Notes: a model not told the origin generated them from the letters alone. A stretch of DNA of 62,930 nucleotides, filler included, from Pirum gemmata (GCA_002812295.1; 16 parts of 16 records of this genome joined end to end with filler, not necessarily neighbours in it); one strand, 5' to 3'. Shown: positions 36,769 through 51,659, counted from the whole stretch's first letter. Numbers and translations: made by a program.

Positions 36769-38367
36769 CCCCAACCCCAACCCCAACCCCAACCCTAACC
36801 CTAACCCTAGCTAGCCCTAACCCTAGCCCTAACCCTAACCCTAACCCTAACCCTAACCCTAACCCTAACCCTAAAAATAAAAAATAAAAATAAAAAAAAA
36901 AGTGTTAAGAACCTTGAAATGTTCTAAAACAACGATAGGGTAGATTCACAAAATGAGAAAAAATAATACAAGACGAGCCATTACTAACCATTTACATAAG
37001 AGAAGTCGATAAAATGTTAATATCAAAAATATCAACAACCAATCAAACTACCCCAAATAACTAAAAATGTTCTTATGCCTTTTTTCGTTCATAATTGGAC
37101 AATAACACACTTGGAACTTGTTTTTTTTTAAAAAACATTTCTTAGCAAAACAACCAATACTTGCTCGTTATGAAACAAAGTCTACAAAACAAAAAGTGTT
37201 TGATCTCCACATCGCCTAGAAAGCGCCAAACTAGGAAGTATAAGGCTATAATATACAGATCTCGAACCCAAACTAACCCTAACCCTAACCCTAACCCTAA
37301 CCCTAACCCTAACCCTAACCCTAACCCTAACCCTAACCCTAACCCTAACCCTAACCCGCCCCAGCCCAAAGTTCCCTAACCCTGATGAGCTTTACAGCTT
37401 GAGATAGTTAGTAGGTTCTAGGTTTGGTATGACAATGGGTTAAAAAAAATATTTTTTAACTACCAAGTTCGTATGAGAGAAAATAAAAAAAAAACTCAAA
37501 ATAGTCCAATTTAAATAAAAGTGCTACCAAAGTTTGAGAAATATTTTAACTAACAAAAGTCTATTATGAACCAATGGCTTGTTTTTATAAATAATTTGGC
37601 TTGTTAATCTTTTTGAAAGAAGTTTAAAAAAAAAAAAAATAATTTCTACAGTTTTATCCAGTTTGGCTGTTAAAAATAATAATAATAATAATGATAAGTA
37701 ATAATAATAATAATGTTTTTTTTAAAAATAATAGTACCTATTTTTTTATCTATATTATTACACTTGCCCTTTCAATCTTTAATTAGGTACAGTAATTTGG
37801 CACTGTTTAATTAATTAGGTACTGTTTAAGTAATTTGGTACTGTTTAAGTGTATAATTGAGCTTGTTTATTTTAAATACAAAACTACGCTTATTTCAGTT
37901 TTTGAACTGATACAATAATAATAACATCATAACAATATTTATTTATTATTGATATATATTATTAATATATAGATAATATATTTATAAAAATTTTATCCAC
38001 TTTAGTAGAGACTGTGTTTATATATATAAAAAAAAAACTAAGAATGGTCTATGTAGTCCACTATACCCTAACCCTAACCTTAACCCTAACCCTAACCCTA
38101 ACCCTAACCTTAACCCTAACCCTAACCCTAACCCTAACCCTAACCCTAACCCTAACCCTAACCCTACCCTATTCTAACCCTAACCCTAACCCTAACCCTA
38201 ACCCTAACCCTAAAACTGACCCTAAACCTCAACCTAACCTTGACCCTGACCCTAACCCTAACCCTAACCCTNTAACCCTAACCCTAACCCTAACCCTAAC
38301 CCTAACCCTAACCCTAACCCTAACCCTAACCCTAACCCTAACCCTAACCCTAACCCTAACCCTAACC
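36769..38367 (-). repeat. Three interstitial (CCCTAA)n arrays (36769-36873, 37273-37357, 38066-38367)
   Basis: Direct reading. Confidence 0.9.
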
Positions 38368-39266
38368 GTATAGAAGATAATATTATGATAAAGTAAAGCA
38401 CTAGTAAAGCTATGGTTATATAGCTATCATAGTCTATATGCATTCTATAGACGGGTCTACCAGTAGTCTAGTAATGCTTTTCAGTGTGTATTATAACACA
38501 GTTAGTACTGGTAGTTTACTACTAGTCTATTCTAAGTATTTTCATTACAGTAACTGTTGTCCTCCCAAACTTTAATTTGGTACTTTTTAAGTGTTTATAA
38601 AATATAGTATATAAAATACCAAATTAAATAAAACATGCCCGATAATAATAATTTGGTACGCTTTAATAACATTTCAGTTTTTGAACTGAACAAACAGAGT
38701 ATCATAGGAGCTGCTTTCGTGATCCGTATGGTTTTTTTGGCTCGGTTCGAATCGACCGAAAAAATTATTACCGAACATATTTGTAGACTGCGGTGTTTGA
38801 CTTGTGTTTTTGGCTCGATTTGTCTTTTTTTTTATGCATAAAAAAGTCAAGGAGTTCAAAACTCCTTGATAAAAAAAAAGTGCATTTATAAAAATGTAAA
38901 AACATAGTCAAAAAATAAACAATAAATAGTACCAAATTAATACAACATAAATCCATTTAATTTAATTTGGTATATTTAAAGATTATAACCCTCCAAATAA
39001 ATATTCAGAGTGGCAAAATAAATGAAAAGCATGATAGACTAAATAGTATCATATTAAAGGGAATGTATAAATAATACGTCACGTCAAGGGGTAGGTAAAT
39101 AGGTGGTATTTGACCAGAAATTTTAACGTCGAGGGGTACGTAGGTAGGGGTATTTGAAGCTGTATTTGACTGGAAATTGGCGTTACGTAGTGTATGAGAA
39201 AAAAAAAACTAGATGAGAAAAATTATTTATAGACTATATAAAAAAAGAACTTTTAGTACCTTATTT

Positions 39267-39297
<31 letters not shown>

Positions 39298-39829
39298 NNN
39301 NNNNNNNNNNNNNNNNNNNNNNNNNNNNNNNNNNNNNNNNNTTAATTAATTAANNNNNNNNNNNNNNNNNNNNNNNNNNNNNNNNNNNNNNNNNNNNGAC
39401 AATTTAAAGATTATAACCCTCCAAATAAATATTCGGAGTGATAAAATAAATGAAATGCACGATATCATAATTTTAATATATATGAAATTTAGACCAATAT
39501 ATACATCATACATGATACTAGCTATTTATCATGTAGGTATTCTTGATAGTATAGGATAATGTAGTATAAATTGAACCCCCCTTTTGTTCATTTTATCTGT
39601 GCATGAATATTATGAATGATATTAATTATATATTAATATTCATATTATTGTTCTCTCAATCTTTAAATATTATATGTATATGATATATCATGTCATGTAC
39701 GATATCTACTAGTAGTTAGCCATAGCTATCGTATTAATATATTAAAATATTAATATTAATACAACAGTCCTTTTTTTGTTTTTTTTTGCAAAAAGGTAAG
39801 TGCCACTGAAAAAACTTGCATTATTATTA

Positions 39830-39867
<38 letters not shown>

Positions 39868-41123
39868 ATTATGATGTTTCTAAGAATTCACAAAGATATC
39901 GACGTAATGAGGTTAAGGTATCATAGTGTGAAGAGGCTATAATAATATGATAGAGTAAGTATTTCTTATCATTTAGTAGTACAATATATTTCTGTTTCTA
40001 AATTATATATAATAATGATGTATTACTGGTCAATAATACATCATATATATATAAATATATATTCTAGTATATATATATTTTTAAAAAAACAAATTATCCA
40101 ATTAAGATGTCCCAAGTATTTCATTTTAATGTTAAAATTTTTTTATAGGTCAAAATGGTGTCAAAACATTGAAAACAAGGAGCATACTCCACCACGATTA
40201 GTCATATATCTAGACATTTTTTGTTTATATTGGCATCGTATGAGATGCCAGTCTAAAACAATTGATTATTGGATATTCATCTAAACATTGGATGGCTCCA
40301 ATGACCTTAGAGCTATCATAGTTTCTCTAATGTAAAAGGCTAACTACTAGCTAGAAGCTAGCTAGTAGTAGTAGTCGAGCTAGCTAGCTAGCTAGCTAGA
40401 GAGGCAGTATCAGATAGTGTTGCAGGTACCGCAATGGAAGGTTGGAAGGGTACAAGTATTACAGGGGTGCCCCAATGGAAGGGCACCTGCAACGCTTAGA
40501 CTATTCCTTCAGGCCCAGGCCTGGCCTTGTGGAAGTGGCACCCGAAGTGCCCTCATCAAAGAACCCATATATCACCATAAGAAGACAGAATTTCCAATAT
40601 AATTATATATCTATTTTTGTATAACCAAAAAAAGTAACTTAAAAAACATGTTTTACCATATATGGTGCCGGGGGGAGTTTTCATCGTTCAAATACTACGT
40701 AATGCCAATTTCCTGTCAAATACAGCTTCAAATACCCCTACCTACCTACCCCTCGACGTTAATTTCTGGTCAAATACCACCTATCTACCTACCCTACCCT
40801 TTGACGTGACGTATTATTTGAACGCTCCCTTAGCCTCGCCTGCAGTCTCCCCCACCCCCCCAGTGTTACCCATAACTGGATTATTTTTTTTTTAACACCA
40901 CTGCCGAATAAAACTGCAGTACTCATTTTTTTAGACTTCTTTTAGTGCTAACTAGCCAAATTATTATTAAAAACTGACCTAATAGAGTTTTCTTAAAAAC
41001 GATTTCTCAAATTTTGGTAGCACTTTCATTGAAATCTGTCATTGAAATTGGATTTTTTTGAGATTTTTTTTGATTTTTGAGCTCATATTGTCGCCATTTT
41101 TATCCGGCTTGGTAGCCCTGGTA

Positions 41124-41154
<31 letters not shown>

Positions 41155-42594
41155 NACTATCATAGTAACTATCATACCACTCGGATAGCCCCCAGCAACC
41201 ATAACCACCACCACCGCCACACCATCAACCAAAATAACAAAACAAAGTATGAGATCGATAACAACTCTTTTAACAATAACACAATCAATCAATCTTTTAA
41301 AACGAAATGACTTTTCCGACGATTATAAAAACGATAAACAATAACTAAACAACACACGTAATAGATAAAACCACTATTATAAATATAACAGTTATAAATA
41401 AACAATGATAAAAGTATAAACACAATACTTTATCAACACCAAATCGTCACAACCTAAATTCGAAACATCAAACTAACACTTATCTAACTCAACTAATTAT
41501 CCTACAATTAGTTACTTACTATTTAAATTGTTAGCTATGCTAACAAATCATGATTATAAAAACACTAAATTATACGTAAAACATATAAACACAATCATAA
41601 TAAGTTAACAAACAAGTTTATTTAAGTAGCATTAGTAAATAACTAAAATATAAAATAATAACAAAACCTAAAAACTAAAAACTAACTTTTTCCAAAAATC
41701 AATAGCTGCAAAAATCGCTTAGATATTGAAAACAGCTCTCGCTAGTCAAACCAGTTAAGTGTTTGTGAACATGATATACCTGGTTGTGATTTATTGATGG
41801 GTTCTAATATTTATGAGATTTTTAATTATGGTTTAGTTAATCTAGGTGAGGTTATTGTTAAGAGTGATTGTAATGCAGAGTATGAGGTTGAAGTAGTTTT
41901 TGAAAAAGAGCCTGGCGTTGATGTTTTCACGCGACACTTAGCTTTGACATGACCCATTTTATTGCATCTAAAACATCTTTTTTGTTTGCCAGCAGCATAC
42001 CATCGCGGCCACGATTACCATTATTACCCTGAGCGTTACGATTAACCTCACTACCTCTTCCATTTTTCTTCTTATCATCCAAAGCGATGATAACCTTCTT
42101 AAGCAGCTTTTCACAGTCGTATGAGCTCAGCTTGTGCCCATACTGGATATTAAAGAGATTAAATAACTCCTTATCTAGACAACAACAAAGTTTTATCACA
42201 ACCAGCCAGCAACCACGACCAACAACCAGCAACAACAGTAACAAAGTTGTGTGTGCAAGATAAAGTAATAGTTTTACTTAACATATTTATTACAAAAACA
42301 AAAATGATAGTGGAATAGTAGTGGAATAGTCAAAAGTTACAATTTTCCAACTTATGGAATTTATCTACTTTCACGCCTATGCATATCCTCTTTACTTCCA
42401 AACCTTGGTTTGTATAAGGTTCTGTTCCCAATCCTAATCCCAATCCTAAACCTAACCCTAACCCAACTAATCCTAACCCTAACCCAACTAATCCTAACCC
42501 TAACCCTAATCCTAACCCTAACCCTAATCCTAACCCTAACCCTAACCCTAACCCACCTTAGCTCCTTAGCTCTTAACTGTTATGTCATCACATA

Positions 42595-42738
42595 TCAATT
42601 AGGATTGTACTTTTCTAACTTATATTCCTTGTCCTTAGCAATTTCCCGTTGAAAATCTTCATCGAAATCTTCAAGAGAATCAACATACTCGTCATCATCC
42701 TCATCTTCAACATCATTGCTATAATCATATTCAGTTTC

Positions 42739-42769
<31 letters not shown>

Positions 42770-43077
42770 GTATTTATAGGTGTCCCCTTCTTCTGCTCTT
42801 CAAAACCAGGAGGTAATCTATACTCCATAGGTTCCTGGATGTCGTCCACGACTTCTTCCTTTCCCATTTTGTCATATTTATTTATAACAGAAAGAAAGCT
42901 ACTTTCTTCAAGGGTATACGCTTCTTCTGTATTTTGTTGCACTAGTTGACGTTTGTTGGATTTTTGTAATAGCTGCTGTTTTTTCTGGTGTTCTTTTTCC
43001 TTTTCTGCTTGTTTAAATTCGTCTAAAGCTTCGTTTTGCTGCTGGATTAATTCCATCATAGCATCAACCTGGACATA
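42595..43077 (-). CDS. Probable coding exon (Gln/Glu/Asn-rich, acidic) of an unknown gene or pseudogene; a further block at ~41927-42175
   Basis: Complex open frame with poly-N and acidic tracts, preceded by tcaaaaaat/ttag-like intron end context and microsatellite; exon linkage not resolved. Confidence 0.45.
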
Positions 43078-45152
43078 GTTATTATTCAAAAAATGTTATT
43101 TAACAATAATAACCATAACCATAACCATAACCATAACCATAACCATAAGAATAAGAATGACAATAACAATAACACTAACAACAACAATAACAATAACAAA
43201 AACAAAAACAAAAACAATAACAATAACANNNNNNNNNNNNNNNNNNNNNNNNNNNNNNNNNNNNNNNNNNNNTTAATTAATTAANNNNNNNNNNNNNNNN
43301 NNNNNNNNNNNNNNNNNNNNNNNNNNNNTATTATTATTATTATTATTATTGTTATCATATAAAATATAAAGCATAATTATTATTAAAAGCTGTTGGTGAA
43401 AAAAAAGCCTCCCCTTTACTCTGAGCTACTCAGGTGAATAAAATTTTTAAAATATAAAATAATTTAAAATTTAAAATGGTGACTCTGCTCTAGTAGTCAG
43501 ACTGTAGTCTATCCCTTTATTTTTAAAATTTACTTCCTTATTAATATAAATAATAATATATATTAATAATATTATTTTAAAATATACAAATCGATTCAAG
43601 GGTATCCCTACTCTTTCTGAAGAAGCCTTTTAGACTCTTTTAGAATTTTAATTAGACCACCGTGACGTCACATTTATTCAATATTAGATGGGGGAAGTTG
43701 GTGGGTGCGGTAGTTAGTTTAGGGACTGGCTGGTAAAAAAAGAAAATGGCATGAATCATGAATCATGATGGTATATATATGGCGGTACGGGGTGTATGTA
43801 ATCTAATGTATACATAACTGTATTACATTATTATAATATTATGATACTAGTATCAGATATATTAAGTTTTTATTTTTTTTGGGGGGGGGGGAAGGGGAGG
43901 GTAAGAGTCTGAAGGGTTAGGATATTGATTAGGATTAGGATTAGGATTAGTGTTAGTGTTAGGGTCTGGGTTATGATGTTAGAGTAGAGTTAGAGTTAGG
44001 GTTATAGTTAGGGTTAAGCTGATGGGGTGTTAATTAAGGTCTGGGTTATGGTGTTAGAGTTAGGGTTATAGTTAGGGTTAGGCTGGTGGGGTGTTAAACT
44101 TTAATCACGTAAGTATCACTTAGTGGGGGCCGGGGTGGTAAAAATTCGATTGCGTAATTAATGAACGCTCCCTTATCACTTTTGTACTTGTACATGAGAC
44201 GTTTCATGTTTTGTTGTTTTGTCATCATAAAATATATAATAATCAGTACCAAATTAATACAATATAAATCCATTTAATTTAATTTGGTATATTTTATTAT
44301 CTATTTATTTATTAAATTTTAAAGAAGACAATTTAAATATCATAACCAACCCAATAAATATTGTATGTTCATTACACAACAGTCACCGTTACTTTTTTTG
44401 TGTACTACTTGTTTATGGTCGAGGATTAGTCTAGTCTCACAGGTTTGTCTATGTTCAAATTTCAAAGATGTATTATTATCATAATATATTAATAATAATA
44501 ATATTATAGTTTGAGTATATATAGTTTGACTTCTGGTGGAAATTCTTTGGAACAATATAATTGACTTATAATTGACATTGAAAAAGTTGGTTCGACATCG
44601 TCCACTGTCTTGTTGGTTTTGCAGTCATAAAATATACAATAAATAATCACCAAATTAATGTAATATAAATCCATTTAATTTATAATTAATTTGGTATATT
44701 TTATTATATACATATTCATTTAAACGTATCAATTTAAATATTATAAACAACCAAATAAATATTCGGAGTGACAAAATAAAAGAAAAGCGCAATATAATTA
44801 TAGTCTTTATGATAGAAGAATGTTAGCTATTAGAGAATTATTTATAGACTGTTTAGTATTGTTCTAGTATTGTGCAATTCCACTTCTGTTTCCAAGATAT
44901 TATCCATCATTTTAATGATATTTATATATTATTGTCCAAAAGTGTTATAGTAGTGTTATAGAGTCCTATAGACCCAGATAATAATATTATGCTAAATGTC
45001 ATATTTTTTTTTTAAAAACTCTTTTTTTTTTTTTTAACCATATCACAGGTTTAGTATGAATCTGTATGATACCTATGATAACACTATTATTACTAGCTAG
45101 CTAGTTAAAAAAAAAAAATATTTATTATAAATAATTATAATGGTTCTCGTTA

Positions 45153-45285
45153 CAAATTCCCAATCTGTCCGCATTCCGGCAAAAACTACCATACTAACTA
45201 CCATCAGACTTCCATGAGTCCCATCAGTGACCAGTCCCATGTTTTGTGTTACTTTTTGCCGGAATGCGGACAGATTGGGAATTTG
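45153..45285. repeat. Perfect 33-bp inverted repeat with a 67-nt spacer
   Basis: caaattcccaatctgtccgcattccggcaaaaa (45153-45185) and tttttgccggaatgcggacagattgggaatttg (45253-45285). Confidence 0.9.
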
Positions 45286-46022
45286 GCAAATTGGTAGGTT
45301 TTAATGAGAGCGTAACGACAACTATTGCAAATAATATTATTATTATTGAAAACTATGATAGCTACTTGGGTAATATTGTCACTTAGATTATTTATTTTGA
45401 ACTTTTAATTTTAAGTTGATAAACGTGGTTATTTGAAATTGAAAAATAAATTATTAAACACGCCAATTTAATTAAATTGTATCAAATAAATTTGATATAT
45501 TATTAACTTGGTGTTTATTACTGCGTATTCTATTATGACAAAATAACTGAAAAGCACGATAGACCCCCCCCCAGTTAGAGGGCAGGTCTAGAGTATTTTA
45601 AAATAATTATTTTAATTAATGATATCATCTGTGGTATTGAGAATAGACCATCTGACCCATAATCTGGATATATATATTATATAATTATGTTAAAATAATT
45701 GGATAATAATATATAAATATCATTATAGGCACCCCGGTCTATTATTAAATGATGAATAGAACTTAGAAGTGAAATAGACTACAGTATTACAAAAAAAGTA
45801 CACACTATAGTCTACACAGTGCTGACTCTAGACTACACAGTCTATAAAAATTCTCTAATTCTCTAATAATCATAAAGACTACTAGCTAGATTATGATAAT
45901 ACCTACTAGTTGATGATAATACTATGCTACTATGAATATATGATACTAATACTACTAGCTAGCTTAGTAGTATAGTCTATATACTATCGTGTTTTTCAAT
46001 AGCATTTGGCCAGTTTATTAAA

Positions 46023-46108
46023 GGGTTAGGGTTAGGGTTAGGGTTAGGGTTAGGGTTAGGGTTAGGGTTAGGGTTAGGGTTAGGGTTAGGGTTAGGGTTA
46101 GGGTTAGG
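46023..46108 (+). repeat. Interstitial (TTAGGG)n array
   Basis: Direct reading; others at 20484-20760, 43913-44080, 51995-52230, 52947-53056, 54058-54157, 57157-57244, 60653-60738, 61666-61713, 61824-62136. Confidence 0.9.
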
Positions 46109-49043
46109 TTAATAGGGTAACCAACTGTAATACCCTATTAAGCCCTAGGTCAGCTGATATGATATAGAAATTATTATTATAGATACTACTATGATACACA
46201 TTCTAATTATATATGGTTTACGATATCATTGCCTAGTATTGGCTTCATTCATATATAGCACATTTGCACAAAATAAGAAATTTTTTTTTTTTTTTTAAAA
46301 TATTTTTTTTTCTACTCTATCTATTGGTTGTTTTACTTCAAAATATTATAGAAAACTAGAAAACTCTAGTACAATCAGCTACAATCAGTACTCAATCAGT
46401 GCTGGATCTGAACTTCTGGACTAGTCGACTCTACAGTAGACTCCAGAGTCCTAGCTAGCTTTAGTAGGTAGTATTAATACATGGATAAATATAATATATC
46501 TAATAATATAAAACAAGAAGCAAAACTACCACTACTACCTAGTACCTACTACTACTACAACTACTGACTACTACTACTACTACTACTACCAAATATATAA
46601 AAAAAAGATGAAAGCGAAGCCTACTATTAAACTAGGGCTGTCATAGGATTAAGAAATTTCACCTATGAGAGACTAGCACGATCTAAGGACCACTAGCAGT
46701 TCACAAGCGTAGGACCATGTTCATAAAACATTTATTTTTTTGAAAAAAATCACGTGAAAAATGATAAAAATTAACTTTTTTGCTTTTTCTGTTAGTCTAG
46801 TGGATAAAAAAAGAAAAAAAGAATACCAGTATATATAAATATGGGCGAACTATTTATACTAGTATAGTTAGACCATAGACAAATTAGCTAGCATTGGTTC
46901 TGACTCCTGAGTATTGGTTGTAGTAGTATCAAAACTGTATCATCGTCTATAATCACATTTATGATAATATTATCTATATATAAATTTTTTTTTTTTTTTT
47001 ACTTACTTTTTTCCGGGCCTAAACTAGACTATTGGTATCAATGGATTCGTTTCGAAAAAGTAAATGAGAAAAGTGAAAGTTTCATTTCAATAGCTCGTTT
47101 AAAATTCAAAAGTTATTCGTAGTCTAAAACACACTGTTCAGCTCGAAANNNNNNNNNNNNNNNNNNNNNNNNNNNNNNNNNNNNNNNNNNNNTTAATTAA
47201 TTAANNNNNNNNNNNNNNNNNNNNNNNNNNNNNNNNNNNNNNNNNNNNAACAGTACCAAATTAAAGATTGAGAGGACAACTATAATGAAATAAAACGATA
47301 CTATCAATATTTATTAATAAACTTTTAAATTAAATAGTGTTCAGGAAATTATTTTATTTAATAGCCCTAGATAATATTTACTATACATATTATGTTATTA
47401 TTATATTTTTATAATATTTATAATCATTATTATATTTATAATATTTATAATCATAAATAAATACTAAATAAATAAACCTACTAGTATATTACAAACACAG
47501 ATAGTGTCGATAACCCTACATAAACTATCCTCGAAACGGTTTATTAATATTGCATGAGACTTACAATAAACCAAGGACTTCAAATAAACTAATAATCAAC
47601 TGTCTATCATACACTCTACAGTCTACACTGAGTCTACAGACTTGGTCTACTACTACTAACCAAGCACTTATCAAGTTCGATAATTCTGGAACAGTTTTGT
47701 TTTTGTTTTGTTTTTTTTTTCAGTCCAAAATAAAAAGACAAGATACTGATTCCAGTTCTGGTTCCCAACTTCCCAGTTGACTATTCGTGACTGATCAAAC
47801 TTGGATGGGAGATTTATAGTGACAAATCACAGACAAGTTTGAAATAAGGCACCCAACCGGGGCCAACCCTAAAGACTGTTAAAAAAAAGACAACAATTTT
47901 GCTAGAACAATTTTGTGATTTTTTTCTGTGGTTTTTTCAGGTTTTTTTTTTTTCTTGCCTTTTTTTAGTGTTTTTTTCCTTTTTTTTATCTTTTATTTTT
48001 TTTTTTTTTTTTTTTTTTNNNNNNNNNNNNNNNNNNNNNNNNNNNNNNNNNNNNNNNNNNNNNNNNNNNNNNNNNNNNNNAAAAAAAAAAAAAGTTATTT
48101 GTTACTTTGCCAGGTGGGGGGGGGGGGCTCTCAATTTGTTGTGTTCAGTCCATTTAGTCATTAAAAGGTGTAAATGATGTAATCATTGCTCGAAGTTGCC
48201 CTTTGTTGGTTGGGTTTTTCGTAGCTAACTCTCTACCTTAGAGAGGGCTTTTAGTTCTTCATTTTTTTACCCTGATTACTGCTCACAGGTAGTTTAAAAA
48301 GCGATGTTTAATTAATATCGATTATTACTGTAGTCGGATTTGACAAGCCAGTATGAGACTGAGTGTGAGCTCGGTGCGAGAGTGATGACTGCCATTGACT
48401 GGGTTCGAAACTGCGAAACACAAAGATGAAATAATCTTGGAAGCTGCTTGAGCTGCTTGAGCCTTGAATTCCCAAAAATAAAGCTTGAGCGCCACGGTAA
48501 AAATTCAACCGAAAGGTCCCAAAACTGTCCCTTGGTGGGTCCTTTAAAATACTCCTTAATTAATCCCTTGCAATGGTTGTTGGAGTAGGAACTAGCTAGC
48601 TAGCGTAGTAGGGAGTAGGAGTATCATGTATGTTGTTGGGTGGGGTTTTTAATATGATAGAATAATGTGTGAGTCTTAGCTCTACCAGTAGGGGGCCTTA
48701 GAGTTATGATAGGTACCAGTCTAGACTCTAGAGCTAGAGACATACCAGGGTCCAGACCTTTTTCATTGATGCTCCTTTTCTGCTATACTAGCTAGCTAGG
48801 GCTTAGCTAGCTACTAAGTCTTTGGTAGAGCAGTTACTAGCTATCATATATCATAGTATGACATAATTATATAACATAATATTATATAATATCCCCACAC
48901 AACACAACAACAAATGGTTGAAGGGCCTATCTAGCTAGCTAGGACTTGTCCTGAATTAGTCTCCTTGATTAATAGTTTGATTAAAATTACCCTTTTTTCA
49001 CCTTTGGTAATAATTATTAGTTATGGTACTAAAACCAAGTTCT

Positions 49044-49233
49044 AGCTATGCATATTGTAGTACTCTTTTTTCAATCCATTTTCACTATGAATTATAATAT
49101 ATTATAATTTTATTATTTCTAGCTTTGGGTCCTAAGCTATGCATATTGTAGTACTCTTTTTTCAATCCTTTTTCACTATGAATTATAATATATTATAATT
49201 TTATTATTTCGAGCTTTGGGTCCTAAGCTATGC
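49044..49233 (+). repeat. Tandem duplication, 91-bp period
   Basis: agctatgc starts at 49044, 49135 and 49226 with near-identical intervening sequence. Confidence 0.85.
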
Positions 49234-50864
49234 GGATAAGGGGGTTGGAGGGGAAACAATGTCGCCTAGGCGACATGCTTTGATTTATATAAAATATTGA
49301 GGTTCAAAATTTGAAGTTTGCAGATGGTTAATTAAGCTTTATTTCAAACCTCTAAATCATGAGATTCAGCATAATCAGACCATTACATTGTTTTGAACAA
49401 GTTAATTTTAATTGACTTAATCTGGACCTCCGAAATCAAATTTTGTGAAGTATGTCTTTTTAGGTGGAGGAGCTCCTATAATCAAAAAATGAATTAGCTT
49501 AATTGATTAAACTGTAATGCTCGATTAATCGTTCTAAATATTGACCCATTGCGAATAAGTACTAATTTAACTATTTAAAAGATAATTATTTCAACTACAA
49601 CTTTACTTTAAAATTTCATTATCGTAGACGGTAGACTAGCACAAAAATTCATCGACTTATTCAATGAACAACATACAATACTATCATACAATATTATACA
49701 ATCAACCTTGTTTATTCCCCACGTACTTTCTGAACATATAATATAAATATGAAGTAAATATGATCATAGCATAGACTGCCAATGTTTGCCATAGTAAATG
49801 ACGTTCGAATAGGTTCGAGCATGACCACCTTTTCTGTAAAAGGTATCGAGTTAGCCTAATTCGAGCCATAGAATTGCATTTCATTTATTTTGTCACTCCG
49901 AATATTTATTTGGAGGGTTATAATAATTAAATTGACAATTTTAAATCAATATACAGATAACAAAATATTTATTTGGAGGGTTATAATCTTTAAATTGGCA
50001 TTTTTAAATCAATATACAGATAACAAAATATACCGAATTAGATTAAATGAATTTAAATTATATTAATTTGGTACTATTTATTCAGACTATTTATTGTATA
50101 CTTTATACTGATACTTTATATTAGTTTAACTACTACTAGCTAGCTAGCTAGCTAGAGACTATAGTCTACAAAAACTAGAAAAAAGGAGTAAAAAAGGAGT
50201 GAAAAAGGAGTAAAAAAGGAGCAAAAAATAGTAAGAAAGGCTGTTCTGTTCGAAAACAAAATTCCTGCATTTTTAGACTTTTTTTTACAAATTTATATTA
50301 TGTTCAAAAAATTTCAAATTTTTGTTTTTTTTGTTTTTTTTTTTGTGGAGGTGTCTGGACTCTGGGGCCTAGCTAGCTAGAGGTAACCTCGATTTGGGGT
50401 CTGGAGGTGAGTCAGGTGACCTTGAGAAAAAATGGAGTGTGGACGGTCACGGTGGAGGCCGGGTGGACCATTTAGCAGCTGTGGTGGTGGCTAAAGTCTC
50501 AAGTTCATATAATTTGAGAATTTTGAGTCGATATTGAATTTAAATTCACAGCAAAAATAGTGCAAAAATACTGCAAAAATAGTGCAAAAATACTGCAAAA
50601 ATGCAAAAATTCAAGAAAATCCAAAATCCCACAAGAAAAAAAAGGCATTCATTCAATTTAATTGGTCAAAAAATATACACTGCATACTTATGATAATGTA
50701 AAAATGGAAAAAATCAGTAAAAAATCATAGAATCAAGATCTCCTCTCCGTCAAGATCTCAAACGAATGAAAATTCCTTTCCCATTATCGAATCATGCAGC
50801 CAGCAGCTACTACTAGCTACGTGTCATTTGTAAACCCTCAACCTAACTTCATAATTCTCAGAGG

Positions 50865-50910
<46 letters not shown>

Positions 50911-51444
50911 ATCAGTTTTGTCAACCCCCGCCAATTTTTTGTTTACAAATTTTTGGACCTCAAACCTGTTTTGGTAAACCATTTTTTAGACTATCATGTG
51001 ATTTTTAGTATCAATATTTTATTTATTTATTTATTTATTTATTNNNNNNNNNNNNNNNNNNNNNNNNNNNNNNNNNNNNNNNNNNNNTTAATTAATTAAN
51101 NNNNNNNNNNNNNNNNNNNNNNNNNNNNNNNNNNNNNNNNNNNGAATGTAGCAGGCTTAATCAGAATTTGAACATACTCTATTTAGAATGTTTCGCGTTT
51201 TAATAGTATTTTGCTTATCGTCAATTTCATTAGTTGTCTTCTCAATCTTTTATTTGATACTGTTTAAGTGTATAATTTAACTGGTTTATAAAATATAACA
51301 TTAAGTATAAAATACCCAATTAATTAAAAAACTTGTTCGATAGTTTAACCATAATAATAATTGGTACTTTGAACTGGACAACACTATTGGAAAACACGAT
51401 ATTGTTTTTCACAAAGATTACACGCAGATGCAAATCCCGAACCC

Positions 51445-51659
51445 GGGGAGATGCGGGAAATCCCATCGAATCGAGACTAGTTCGAAATTTTCGAAATTTT
51501 TCGATCTAATTTTAAGTATTGACAGTCACTAAGTATTGACAGTCACTTTTGATTTCATTAAAAAGAAACTCGAAAAAAAAAGAAAATCATTTCAAAATTA
51601 TCATTATTTAATAATTAGGATCGAGCTGTTTGATTCGATTATGTTTTCCCGTATCCCCC
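51445..51659 (+). mobile_element. MITE family D (~215 bp, TIR GGGGAGATGCGGGAAA..CATCGAATC)
   Basis: Right end gattcgattatgttttcccgtatccccc is the inverted counterpart; copies at 27408-27481 (cut by linker), ~54450-54635 and ~60783-60943. Confidence 0.8.

Noticed and set aside
37375..37420. Hammerhead ribozyme (ctgatgag ctttacag cttgagatag)
   Set aside because: CUGAUGA and a stem II are present, but the required GAAA core reads GAGA and stem III cannot form; at best a dead relic.
48308..48508. Possible transposase or gene fragment
   Set aside because: Slightly GC-richer and open on the minus strand, but no recognisable motif or splice context.
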